Source: a virus (taxonomy: Duplodnaviria; Caudoviricetes). Taken from it: a DNA stretch of 37,322 bases. This document shows, one piece after another, positions 15,587 through 24,733 of this stretch (position 1 is its first letter; every line of letters starts with the position of its first letter). Below the pieces are notes generated by a model. The model worked only from the letters and a program-made list of their open reading frames with translations, was not told where the DNA came from and ran no database searches. A program made the translations under genes and the position numbers. The DNA is taken from positions 1 through 37,322 of the IMG/VR virus record IMGVR_UViG_3300002091_000014. One strand, written 5' to 3'.

Positions 15587-15867
15587 GTGTACTTAACCCA
15601 GACGAAATCGCCACGCTTCTGCGAGCACGTTTTACGCAAAGAGAAGTGAACACGCAGAGAATCAAGTTTTATAACCTTTTCAGGATTTACCCGTTTTTGT
15701 CGGACGAGGTTGAACGCCAGCGCAAGCGGGATCAAATGCACAATGAGTTGGTCGAGGCTTTGCAAGCGATCCTAGAAGCCAAAGAAGCTACGCCAGTCAA
15801 GACGTATCAGAAGATGGAAAGCATTGCAGAGGCAGCACTTGCCAAGGCACAAGGAGATGGGAAATGA
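15583..15867 (+). CDS. Hypothetical phage protein
   Basis: HNELVEALQAIL...AALAKAQG module shared with the previous gene. Confidence 0.65.
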   Translation: MSVLNPDEIATLLRARFTQREVNTQRIKFYNLFRIYPFLSDEVERQRKRDQMHNELVEALQAILEAKEATPVKTYQKMESIAEAALAKAQGDGK

Positions 15868-16208
15868 CCAGCGACAAACTGAGAGCCGCAGCGCAAGCCG
15901 TTGTTGACTGGCAAGACGATGAATGCAATGACGATTTCAGGGAATGGGAGAAGCGGATAGAGGCGCTCCGAAATGTCCTGTACGAAGTCCCGTGCCATGT
16001 CGATACCGGCGCAACGAGGGCGGCTAAGAGCGTGAAGCTGCGCACCTGTTCAGACTGCGGAAAGCCTTTGGTTGGGGGGCATATTCATACTTGCAGCCCA
16101 CAAATCAGGGATTTGAGCGACGAGGAAATTATCAGACTGTGGGAGCAGCCGGGAACTGGTCTTGTAGAACGTATCCGGGCAGTCATCAAGGCGTCGAGGG
16201 AGAAATGA
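15864..16208 (+). CDS. Hypothetical protein with CxxC...HxC
   Basis: CSDCGKPLVGGHIHTCSP and LSDEEI motifs. Confidence 0.65.
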   Translation: MTSDKLRAAAQAVVDWQDDECNDDFREWEKRIEALRNVLYEVPCHVDTGATRAAKSVKLRTCSDCGKPLVGGHIHTCSPQIRDLSDEEIIRLWEQPGTGLVERIRAVIKASREK

Positions 16209-16396
16209 TCCTAGACGAGATGGAAATCCGCAGAATCACGGGATTCGTCAGGACTGACGCACAGGCCCGAGAACTAGGTCACCTGGGGATTGCATTCAAA
16301 GTCAGGCGTGACGGTTCTCTGCTTGTCTTTGAGTCTGACTTAAATCCGCAGAACGGGCGTAACATTGTTACCCCCGAGCCGCAATTGCACCTATGA
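16205..16396 (+). CDS. xis: Excisionase-like protein (DUF4224-like)
   Basis: MILDEMEIRRITGFVRTDAQARELGHLGIAFKVRRDGSLLV; coupled to int. Confidence 0.75.
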   Translation: MILDEMEIRRITGFVRTDAQARELGHLGIAFKVRRDGSLLVFESDLNPQNGRNIVTPEPQLHL

Positions 16397-17370
16397 TGCG
16401 CCCCCGCAAATCCGATAAGCACCTACCTCCCTGTGTCTATCAGAGGCATGGTGCGTACTATCTCGTCAAGCGCAACAAGTGGACGCGGCTAGGCGCGGAT
16501 TTGCATGAGGCGTTGATAGCCTACGCAGGGACGGTGACGGTTGCCGGTTCGGGCGGGATGGTGAAGCTGATCGACAAGGTTTACACAGCCCACAGTCCGA
16601 AACTGTCAGCCAATACCCGCAAGGTGTACAAGCAATGCGCGGGACGGTTAAAGCGCAATTTCCAAGAGTTCGACCCGCACCAGGTGAAACCGAAGCACGT
16701 TGCCGAACTCAAGATGGCAATGGCCGACAAGCCAATCATGGCGAATCAGGTGCTTGGGTTCTTGCGGATATGCTTCGCCTACGCACTAGAATGGCAGCTA
16801 GTCGATTCAAACCCGACGATAGGTATCAAGCCCTACCCTACCAAGAAACGGACGCGCTATCTGACGGATTCCGAGTTCTCAGCCATTCGGGAGAAAGCCA
16901 ATCCGGTTTTGCAGATCGTGATGGATCTCTGCTACCTGACCGGTCAACGAGTGGGGGATGTGCTGGCGATCCAGAGAAAGGATCTGCGGGACGATGGGAT
17001 TTACTTCAAGGCTGAAAAGACGGGTAGCCAGGTTGTCGTGGCGTGGAGTCCGAGCCTGAAGGAAGTCGTGGCGAGAGCAAAGAAGCTGAATCCCGGCGTG
17101 ATTCACCTGAATCTATTGGTGGGCATCCAGAAGCAACCCCTCTCCTATCACACCGTCCTGACGTACTGGTGGGACGCTTGCGAGAAAGCAGGAGTTGAGG
17201 ACGCGAGGATTCACGATATGCGGGCGAAATCAGCCACAGACGCAAGAGATCAGGGCTTCGACGCGCAAAGTTTGATGGGGCATGGATCGGCGTCCATGAC
17301 CGAGAGATACATCCGAAATCGCAAGATTCCGGTTGTTACGGGGCCGGTGATGAAGGGCGGCAAAAAGTGA
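16393..17370 (+). CDS. int: Tyrosine integrase with lambda-like N-terminal arm-binding domain
   Basis: RPRKSDKHLPPCVYQRHGAYY N-terminus; TGQRVGD (R), EKTG (K), IHDMRAK (HxxR), LMGH and TERY (Y). Confidence 0.93.
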   Translation: MMRPRKSDKHLPPCVYQRHGAYYLVKRNKWTRLGADLHEALIAYAGTVTVAGSGGMVKLIDKVYTAHSPKLSANTRKVYKQCAGRLKRNFQEFDPHQVKPKHVAELKMAMADKPIMANQVLGFLRICFAYALEWQLVDSNPTIGIKPYPTKKRTRYLTDSEFSAIREKANPVLQIVMDLCYLTGQRVGDVLAIQRKDLRDDGIYFKAEKTGSQVVVAWSPSLKEVVARAKKLNPGVIHLNLLVGIQKQPLSYHTVLTYWWDACEKAGVEDARIHDMRAKSATDARDQGFDAQSLMGHGSASMTERYIRNRKIPVVTGPVMKGGKK

Positions 17371-17596
17371 GGAGTATTTGACAGCGTTTTTGACCGTATT
17401 AGACAATCAGCCCTAGAACCGCATGAATAGTAGCTTTCCAAAGGTTGTCGCATAATGTACGAGTATTAGCCAAAAGTCGGCTATCACGTTGATAATCCGG
17501 CACTCTCAGCGGGATTTTGTCTAATAAGAATTTCCCGCTTCGGCTTTCTTCGCCCTATGAGGATTTCGAGCATACGGGCGAGTATTAGACAGGTTT
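17371..17596. other. attP with arm-type repeats, an IHF-like site and a dif-like core
   Basis: GTATTTGACA 17374, GTTTTTGACC 17386, GTATTAGACA 17396, GTATTAGCCA 17463, inverted TTATTAGACA 17518-17527, GTATTAGACA 17582; minus strand TATCAACGTGATA 17482-17494; TCGCATAATGTA 17448-17459. Confidence 0.8.
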
Positions 17597-18133
17597 TCAG
17601 CCCAAAAGCATGGAGTGCGCAACCTCTTGGGAATGGTGGGCGCGGTTTATCCATCCCTGCTCAAACGTTGGGTTGTTGAGGCTCTTATAGAACCGCACCT
17701 TCGCGTCCGTAAAGTTGTCGATCAGGTAGCCCGGATCAGCGGACTTTACAGCCGCAAGAGTCATTGGGCCGATAGAACCGTCAGACGATATGCCTAGCGA
17801 TCCCTGTAGGGTCATTACAGCCCTTCCCGGCCCTGCGTTCACCGCCAAGTCAAAGCACAGGTAGTCAACCCCCAAGGGGAGTTGATCGCCCTTCACGGCG
17901 TCCCAATAATTTATCTTATAGAACGGCTGAACCATTGACAGGTTGAGGGCTTTCATTTCGTCATGCGTCACCTGTCGCCCGACGTACTTTTCCCAGGCGC
18001 GTTGGGTCACGCCAAGATTCGTGCACCCCGGACGCCCGTCAGGTAGCCGGTTGCCATTGTCCCGACTGTCATCAGTGAAGCCGCCTTCTGATTTCATTAC
18101 TTCCGCGAATGCCCGAGGCCAGTTGCTGTTCAT
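17597..18133 (-). CDS. Endolysin, glycoside hydrolase 108 with C-terminal peptidoglycan-binding domain
   Basis: EGGF..D..D.G...TNLGVT, YKINYWD, FDLAVNAG, DGSIGPMTL and GWINR. Confidence 0.9.
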   Translation of the reverse strand: MNSNWPRAFAEVMKSEGGFTDDSRDNGNRLPDGRPGCTNLGVTQRAWEKYVGRQVTHDEMKALNLSMVQPFYKINYWDAVKGDQLPLGVDYLCFDLAVNAGPGRAVMTLQGSLGISSDGSIGPMTLAAVKSADPGYLIDNFTDAKVRFYKSLNNPTFEQGWINRAHHSQEVAHSMLLG

Positions 18134-18561
18134 TTGCTGATCCCTGTGGTTTCGACGCCCTTCGCCTTGTCGTAGCTGCGCATGGCTCCGAGTCCGAGCA
18201 TTCCAAACAGGATTTGCATGGTGACGGTGGTATCAATCGCCGGGAAATCTCCCGTGTAGCCAACCATGACGGTCGCCACAAACCGCGCCGTTGGTTCAAT
18301 GATCGCAGCGTAGGCAAGCCCGCAGCCGCCAATCCAGCCGCAAAACGGTCGCCATCCGGCGACGAATACGCTGTTGCTTGCCGCCTCGATCTTGTTGGTG
18401 TCAGTCTGGGCAGTCATGGCAGCAAGTTCGCCGTTCTGCTCAAGCTTCAGGAGTTCCAGTTTGGCTTGCGCAGCCTGTGCCGGATCAGGAATAACCCTGT
18501 CCACCACCTTGCCAACCAAGTCCACAATTGCGCCAATCGGGGTAATGTCGAGTAGTCCCAT
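18130..18561 (-). CDS. Holin, 3TM GTA-type family
   Basis: DRVIPDP...NKIEAAS.SVFVAGWRPFCGW...LFGMLGLGAMRSYDK. Confidence 0.8.
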   Translation of the reverse strand: MGLLDITPIGAIVDLVGKVVDRVIPDPAQAAQAKLELLKLEQNGELAAMTAQTDTNKIEAASNSVFVAGWRPFCGWIGGCGLAYAAIIEPTARFVATVMVGYTGDFPAIDTTVTMQILFGMLGLGAMRSYDKAKGVETTGISK

Positions 18562-18562
18562 A

Positions 18563-18988
18563 TCAACCTCCGTTGATGACGATATTCACCATTTCCGTCC
18601 GAGTCACCCAGAACGGATGACAGGCGTGAGAAGCGGTGAGCGTGATGGTGTTGATCTTCGGGGCGAGTGGCGTGAAAATCTTCCACGGCCCCCACGACTG
18701 ACTGCCTGTCGGACGGGAGAAAGTCCCCGGCGTGTCGTCGTCCATGAACTTGATCGCCAAGGATATGTTCGGATCAGCCTTGGCCGTTACCCCGATGAAG
18801 TCGCACGCTCGATCCTTGACCATCGTCCCCGCGATCAGCAGTCCGTCAGCGTCGCGGATGATCTCCGTCACGCTGAACGACGTGATGACGGGGTTGAACG
18901 CTTGCTCATACCGAGCAAGCCCGAGGATCAACAACGCCCCGAAAACGAACGGCCAGAGGTTGAGTGCAATACGAACGTGCCTGCTCAT
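18563..18988 (-). CDS. N-terminal TM protein with periplasmic Cys pair, lysis-associated
   Basis: Likely start MSRHVRIALNLWPFVFGALLILG; KDRACDF...HACHPFW. Confidence 0.6.
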   Translation of the reverse strand: MSRHVRIALNLWPFVFGALLILGLARYEQAFNPVITSFSVTEIIRDADGLLIAGTMVKDRACDFIGVTAKADPNISLAIKFMDDDTPGTFSRPTGSQSWGPWKIFTPLAPKINTITLTASHACHPFWVTRTEMVNIVINGG

Positions 18989-19287
18989 TGTTTTGACGCC
19001 AGTTTGATGTAGTCCCACAGCGCCATTGCTAGCAGCACGATTGCCGCCCAGATGCTGCCGGAAATTGTCTTTTCCAATACTGCTTTCCACAGCGCTGCCC
19101 GTCCTGCTGCTGATTCGATCACCGTCTCGTGCGCCCGCCTGTGGCCTTCCAGATCACCGTTCGGGACGGAGGATCGCAGCATCGCCTCAAGCGAATCGAA
19201 CCTGTCGTCGATATGCTGCCGAATAGCTGCCTGACAAGACTCGATGTGCTCATGGGGATTCTTCCGGCGCTCCTTGAAAGGCTCCAT
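18985..19287 (-). CDS. Protein with C-terminal TM segment, lysis-cassette associated
   Basis: PNGDLEGHRRAHE...WAAIVLLAMALWDYIK. Confidence 0.65.
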   Translation of the reverse strand: MEPFKERRKNPHEHIESCQAAIRQHIDDRFDSLEAMLRSSVPNGDLEGHRRAHETVIESAAGRAALWKAVLEKTISGSIWAAIVLLAMALWDYIKLASKQ

Positions 19288-19295
19288 GTCTCAAC

Positions 19296-20543
19296 CTATG
19301 CGACGAACGTACCGTTACTGGTAAATGTGTGGATGGTGTTGCCGCCCACCTGCGTGATCGTGCCGCCCGTGCCTCTTGGAGTGCCAGGGTAGGACAGGAC
19401 GAAGATGCCATCCGCGCCGTTTTTGGGAGCCGTGTCATGCGCTCCGCCGCCAGATCCAGTATTGGTGGCTCCAGCAGTTGCCGCTACCGCTCCGAACCCG
19501 CCATTACCACCTATACCGCTACCGCCGGGAGCGTAGAACGGAGAGCCGTTACCGATTGATCCGCCGCCCGCAGCGTAGTATCTCGTTGATCCGCTGATGC
19601 TTGATGGAAGTCCTGGCCCTCCGTAGCCCGCGCCGTTGACTGGTGCGTCCTGTCCCTTTCCTCCTGCGCCACCGCTGCCGCCACCGCCGTTGGTGTTTGA
19701 TGCTCCACCATCAAATCCTTGCCCGATGATGCCCGTGCCAGCAGAGCCGCTTGCAAATGCTCCGCTGCCGCTACCCCCGGAGAATCCAGCACCTGACTGA
19801 GATCCGCGAGCGCCACCGGTAGCAGTTGCTATTCCTGCTGCAATTGTGTCTCCTCCGTTGGTCGGCGAAGTCGTGTTGCCGGTTCCTCCCACACCAATCG
19901 TGATTGCATAGGACTGACCTGTCTTTACGACTGCCAAATCCTCTTTAAATCCCCCTGCAGCGCCGCCAGTGCTTGACGCGCCTCCGCCACCCGCCACGGC
20001 AAGATAGCGGATCGTGTAAGGCGCATTCACCGCGCGGTACACGACGCAGTTCCACCCGTCCACGTCATAAATGAACCCAGCAACGTCGCCGGCCGCCGTG
20101 GTGATGTCCACACTGTCAGGCAGCTGGAACGTGCTGCTGTGCGTCAGCGTCAGTGCGCCGTCGAACTTCACCCAGACCATGCGCCCGTAGGACGTCGCTC
20201 CGAATCCGGTGATCGTCGTGGTGCCAGTGATGAGGAAATAGCCGCCCTCGAGCGGGATCGTCGGAGTGGTGGCCGAGGCAATGTCCGGACCCTGCAGGAC
20301 TTGCTGCAACCGCAGCGCCTGGCCATTCGCGGTCGGGGCAGCCAGGTCGACGATCTGGTTGTTACCGGCATCGAGGTCGCCTGTCATCGGAGTCTGTCCG
20401 TCTGCAGCAATTGAGCCTTGAATTGCCGCTGACAAATCGGACAACAGCGCGTTCCAGTCCGCTGGCAGCGCGGACGCGCCATTTACTGCCGGATTCCAAC
20501 TTGAACTCGGCGGGGTGTATCCCCCAGAACCATTTCGCGGCAT
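19296..20543 (-). CDS. Tail fibre / receptor-binding protein with glycine-rich C-terminal domain
   Basis: MPRNGSGGY...DGQTPMTGDL anchor; YLAVAGGGG...GGGG...IHTFTSNGTF Gly-rich domain. Confidence 0.75.
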   Translation of the reverse strand: MPRNGSGGYTPPSSSWNPAVNGASALPADWNALLSDLSAAIQGSIAADGQTPMTGDLDAGNNQIVDLAAPTANGQALRLQQVLQGPDIASATTPTIPLEGGYFLITGTTTITGFGATSYGRMVWVKFDGALTLTHSSTFQLPDSVDITTAAGDVAGFIYDVDGWNCVVYRAVNAPYTIRYLAVAGGGGASSTGGAAGGFKEDLAVVKTGQSYAITIGVGGTGNTTSPTNGGDTIAAGIATATGGARGSQSGAGFSGGSGSGAFASGSAGTGIIGQGFDGGASNTNGGGGSGGAGGKGQDAPVNGAGYGGPGLPSSISGSTRYYAAGGGSIGNGSPFYAPGGSGIGGNGGFGAVAATAGATNTGSGGGAHDTAPKNGADGIFVLSYPGTPRGTGGTITQVGGNTIHTFTSNGTFVA

Positions 20544-20562
20544 CGTTGCTACTCCTTAGGCA

Positions 20563-20587
20563 AGAAAAAGCCGCCCGGAGGCGGCTT
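20563..20587 (-). terminator. Rho-independent terminator before the tail fibre gene
   Basis: Minus strand AAGCCGCC-TCCG-GGCGGCTT followed by TTTCTT. Confidence 0.75.
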
Positions 20588-20663
20588 CAATATGTTGATC
20601 TAAACTATTTGGGTGGATGACCCAAACACCCTATTCGGCATGAATCCTATCTGGCTCGGCTAC

Positions 20664-23294
20664 CTAGCGGCCGCGCTCATCCTTGCGTGGTGGAACGGGC
20701 GACGAGGCAAGTAACCCGGCATAAATTGATGCTGGAATCGCCTGCCGAGACATGGGAAGCGCCGGCGGCTTGACCGCAAGAGCGGGCCCAATGTTTTGCG
20801 CCATGCCCTGCTGCCTGCCATTGATCGTCGCCTGAAGAATCGGCCCAAGGCCGAGCGGCACCTTGCCAGCAACCCGATCGAGCATGTCAATTCCCATGCC
20901 CGCGATCATGGCGCCAGTGTTCGAGTTGTTGACAGCGCTCCCGGCCGGCTGAGCCGTCGTGTACCGACCCACGTTTTCAATGGCCCGCAGGTTGCTGATT
21001 TCATCCTGGTTGAAGAACACCCCGAGCTTTTGCGTGCCGATTGAGCGCAGCGCCTTGGCGTATGCAGCCGGGCTGAACTTGCCAACCTCGTCTGCTGCGC
21101 CATTGAGCGCCTTGTCCTTCAGGTACGACACGATGTAGTTGCGGATCGTGTTCTGTTCCTCGGGGCCAATCGAATCACGCAGCCCGCGCAGGTTGTTGGC
21201 CGTGGCGGACTCACCAAGCACAAACTGGCGCACAAAACTGTCAGGCGTTGCATTGCCCTCAAGCACTGCACCCACGGCAGGATTGTTTTCTGCCCATTGC
21301 ATCAAACCGCGATTTGCCGATCGCGCCTGGTTGAATGCATTGATCGCACTTTCCCCGAGCTGCTGCTGCCCGGCGCCGGAAGTGGCAAGCGGCGTCTCCT
21401 CGAGCGCCTGGCGCACCATGCCGAGGGCCATACGTTGCTGACCATCACTCGAGGCGCGCTGCAACTTGCCAATCTGTGTTTTCAGCTGCTCGGCGAAGTT
21501 GACCGTAAACGGCACATCTCCCGTCGCAATCCGATTCATCGTGTTGCGAACGTCGGGAGGAAGTGCGCCGCCGACCATCGCATTGTCGATCAGGTCATTG
21601 GCGCGCTGCGCGAATACGGAATTGTTCAGGGGGATGTCGCGCCCAGCCTCTTGCCTTGCAGCCTGATACAAGGAATTGATGTTGTTCTGCTGGGCATCGA
21701 TGTTGCCCTGCAAGCCGTCCATCACACGCTGCCCGGCCGTGTAAGAGTCTGGCGCATTGGCCGCGCCGCGCTGGTTCAGCGCCTGAATCAATGCCTGGTT
21801 GTTTTGGTTCTGGATGCGCGGCAACGTCTGAAGCGCCGGATCCAGCGAGTTGGCCCCCGTCTTGGCAAGGTTCTGCTCCCGGGTGATTTGCACCGGATCC
21901 AGCGTCAGGGCGCCGCGAGTCGGAGTCGCACCGACCGTCCGGAAGTCGATCAGCCTGCGCATGGCGTCCGGGCTGAGCTCCCCGCCAGACGAAAGCGCCT
22001 GAGACACATCCTGACGAAGCCCTTGGCGCATGGCCTCCGGCACCTGGTTCCAGTCAACGCCGGCGCGCTCGAGCGTGAGCGTGATTTGCTGGTCCAAGGA
22101 TTGCTGGCTTGGTGCAAAGGCGGGGATTTTGCTTTTGACCGCATTGGCAACGCTTTGCCCTGCGTTCATCAGCAAAGGTGCCGCAAGTCCGCCGGCAAGG
22201 CCTGCGCCGAATTGCGCCAACGGTCCGCCGCCTGCTTCTTTGACCGATCCACCGGCCAGCCCTGACCCCATCGCAGAAGCGACTTGGGCGCCGGGATTCG
22301 CGGCAAGCATTTCCATGACGCCACGTGTCATGCCAGACGCAACCGGAGCCGCGGCGCGCGCGCCCATTGCCATGCCGCCACCGCCCGCCATCAGCTTTGT
22401 CACGTCTGCGGCGACACGTTCCGTGGCATTTTGTGGCGTGGGCAGTCCCAGGGCATTTGCCAGCGCTTGAGCAGACTGACTGGTTGATGCTGCCTCAGGC
22501 AGTCCGACCGCACGCAAGGCCGGATTCATGGCCATGCGGATCGGCTCTGTCCCGGTCTGCATTAAGTCGCCCAGCCCCTCGATGCCATGCCGAGCTGTCA
22601 AGCCAACCTGGCGCGGAATTTCCATCAGCGTTTCGCCGAAACGCGTGACCAGAGGCTTTTCGGGTTCCGGCTTGGATGCTTGTGCAGGCGCTGCCGCGGG
22701 CTGCGCACCATACTTTTCCATGAGTGCCGCCCACGGATCCGCCTCGGCCGGCTGTCCCTGCTGGCCGCCAACGGAATACTTGTCCATCAGACCAGCCCAA
22801 GGATCTGACCCCTGCGCGTTTGCTGCCGGGATGATCGCGTTCAGTGCCTTTTCCATAAACCCCTGGCTGCGCCTCGGCTGTGCGTACGGACTCGACGGAA
22901 GACTCGCCCAGGTGGTACCCGACTTCTGGACCGCCGTATTGAAATCGCCGTTCAGGAGCGCCGGCAGCGCGCCGTTCCTGCGCAGCAGCTCGACCGCGGC
23001 AAGGTCCTGGCTTTGAGGCCCGAAATCCTGCAACCCGAGTTGCTTTGATACGTCGTCCCACGTAGGCTGCAAAAACTGGTACCGCCCTGCTGCCGTCGTC
23101 TTGTTGGGTTTCCCGTCTGTCTGGACGAAGTTGTACGACTTGCGCGGATGATCGGCCAAGTTTTCAATCGACCCGCCGCCGAATGCGGTTTTGTAGCCAT
23201 TGACGTCGGTTCCTTCAGCCGCCGAGATGACGTCCAGGAACTGTCGAACGTTGGGATTTTGTAGGTATGGCTGCAATTCTTCCACGGTTGCCAT
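20664..23294 (-). CDS. Large ejection (internal virion) protein with N-terminal lambda-R-like (GH104) lytic transglycosylase
   Basis: FLDVISAAEGT...DHPR...TAAGRYQFL..TW...FGPQSQDLAA...WASLPSSPYAQ followed by a long Ala/Gly/Gln helical body. Confidence 0.85.
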   Translation of the reverse strand: MATVEELQPYLQNPNVRQFLDVISAAEGTDVNGYKTAFGGGSIENLADHPRKSYNFVQTDGKPNKTTAAGRYQFLQPTWDDVSKQLGLQDFGPQSQDLAAVELLRRNGALPALLNGDFNTAVQKSGTTWASLPSSPYAQPRRSQGFMEKALNAIIPAANAQGSDPWAGLMDKYSVGGQQGQPAEADPWAALMEKYGAQPAAAPAQASKPEPEKPLVTRFGETLMEIPRQVGLTARHGIEGLGDLMQTGTEPIRMAMNPALRAVGLPEAASTSQSAQALANALGLPTPQNATERVAADVTKLMAGGGGMAMGARAAAPVASGMTRGVMEMLAANPGAQVASAMGSGLAGGSVKEAGGGPLAQFGAGLAGGLAAPLLMNAGQSVANAVKSKIPAFAPSQQSLDQQITLTLERAGVDWNQVPEAMRQGLRQDVSQALSSGGELSPDAMRRLIDFRTVGATPTRGALTLDPVQITREQNLAKTGANSLDPALQTLPRIQNQNNQALIQALNQRGAANAPDSYTAGQRVMDGLQGNIDAQQNNINSLYQAARQEAGRDIPLNNSVFAQRANDLIDNAMVGGALPPDVRNTMNRIATGDVPFTVNFAEQLKTQIGKLQRASSDGQQRMALGMVRQALEETPLATSGAGQQQLGESAINAFNQARSANRGLMQWAENNPAVGAVLEGNATPDSFVRQFVLGESATANNLRGLRDSIGPEEQNTIRNYIVSYLKDKALNGAADEVGKFSPAAYAKALRSIGTQKLGVFFNQDEISNLRAIENVGRYTTAQPAGSAVNNSNTGAMIAGMGIDMLDRVAGKVPLGLGPILQATINGRQQGMAQNIGPALAVKPPALPMSRQAIPASIYAGLLASSPVPPRKDERGR

Positions 23295-23296
23295 GG

Positions 23297-24733
23297 CTAC
23301 TCCTTGTATTTCGCCAGGATTGGATCGTCAAAGATCGAGCCCTGAATCTTGTTCCATACCGTGTTGATTTGCTGCAAATCGCCTTTGGCGTGCGGCTGGT
23401 TGACGGCCTCCTGGAAGAATGACGCCTTGCGCATATCCTGCCGCGCCTTGGCTTCAGCGAAATCAAGGATGAACTGGTTGGCTGCCGGCGTGTTTTCCAA
23501 CTTCGCGAACGTCTGGGAAGCCCGCTGAGCGTCGCCTTCGGTCTGCGGTCCCTTCTGCTTCATCAGCTCCGTCTGCAGCCTGTCCATCGCGAGCGCCTGG
23601 AATTTCTCCTGTTTCGACGCGTACGCAGCAGCATCCTTGACGCCCAGGGCGCCCAGCATGCTGGCAGCAGATCCCTTGACACCTTCGCCCCAGCCGGTAT
23701 TCGTGTCGACCATGCGCATCGCCTTGATCGTGTTGACCAGGTTGGTGGCCGACTCAGAATTGCTGATTGCCGTGCGGTAGTCGTTTTTCATCCAGTCGTC
23801 GTTAAGTCCTTCCTCGGACTTTTGCATCACCGGATTTCGCTTGATCACTGGAGGCTTACCGCCTGGCGCCGGGGCATTGCCGGAAGTCACAAGGTTATTG
23901 GTTGCCACATCGTTTCCGCGCTCATCGACTACCGTCGCCGGCGTGAATTGCGCTTTCGATGCGTTTTGCGCGTCTTCGACCGGCCTGACATTGGTGGCAG
24001 TCGCCTGGCCCCATCCCGTAATCGGCGCAGCCACCGGCGCACCGTTCACGATCCCGCCGTATATGCCGTTCTTCATGTCAGGAACAAATTGCGGACCATT
24101 TGGCCCCTGGTACATCTTGTTCGGATCCATCGAAGTATCAGCCGTTGCCTTGCCGCTGATCGCCTGTGCGACCTGTTGCGGAGACATTCCGGCTGCTGCG
24201 AAGTTCTTGAGCGTGTCAGTCGGCCCATTCTGCTGCGCCACGATCTTCATGTATTCGGGCAAGCCGAGCGCCATGGCGGTTTGGTACGACTCCTGCGCGC
24301 TGCGCCCGGGGAGTAACGGGAATTGCTGGCCGGCCGCAGAACCCCCCTGCCCCATGCCCGCCGCAGGATTTGTCTGCGACGGCTGGCCACCCATCGGCGC
24401 GCCGGGCCCGCCAGGCTGTTGTCCGTTGCCAAGCCCGAAGCCCTGCTGCATTTGCTGGTTCTGAGCGTTCGCAATGTCGTATTGCTGGCTCGGGATGTTG
24501 TCCATCGTCTTGCGCGAGATCAGCGCGTTGACCAGGTTGTTTACGCCCTGAAGGGGAGACGCCCCGACATAGTGGCCAGACACCATCTGGCCTTGCATCG
24601 GCTGCTGGGACTGAGCCATCAGCATGTCGGCGATGCGCTGGTTCTGCTGCACCTGGTACTGCTTTTGCAGGATGTCAGGGCCCCAGAGAGCCGCGGCCAG
24701 GGGATTTGCCATCATATTGTCGGCCATGATCAA
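23297..24733 (-). CDS. Putative ejection (DNA transfer) protein
   Basis: Q/A/G-rich 478 aa between two other ejection-type genes; KGPQTEGDA motif. Confidence 0.65.
   Translation of the reverse strand: MIMADNMMANPLAAALWGPDILQKQYQVQQNQRIADMLMAQSQQPMQGQMVSGHYVGASPLQGVNNLVNALISRKTMDNIPSQQYDIANAQNQQMQQGFGLGNGQQPGGPGAPMGGQPSQTNPAAGMGQGGSAAGQQFPLLPGRSAQESYQTAMALGLPEYMKIVAQQNGPTDTLKNFAAAGMSPQQVAQAISGKATADTSMDPNKMYQGPNGPQFVPDMKNGIYGGIVNGAPVAAPITGWGQATATNVRPVEDAQNASKAQFTPATVVDERGNDVATNNLVTSGNAPAPGGKPPVIKRNPVMQKSEEGLNDDWMKNDYRTAISNSESATNLVNTIKAMRMVDTNTGWGEGVKGSAASMLGALGVKDAAAYASKQEKFQALAMDRLQTELMKQKGPQTEGDAQRASQTFAKLENTPAANQFILDFAEAKARQDMRKASFFQEAVNQPHAKGDLQQINTVWNKIQGSIFDDPILAKYKE

Noticed and set aside
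17445-17472. Complete dif site or purely XerCD-dependent (IMEX) integration
   Set aside because: No XerD arm, and the phage has an intact Int, Xis and arm-type repeats
19296-20543. Diversity-generating retroelement or invertible tail-fibre system
   Set aside because: No reverse transcriptase, invertase, TR/VR pair or flanking inverted repeats seen
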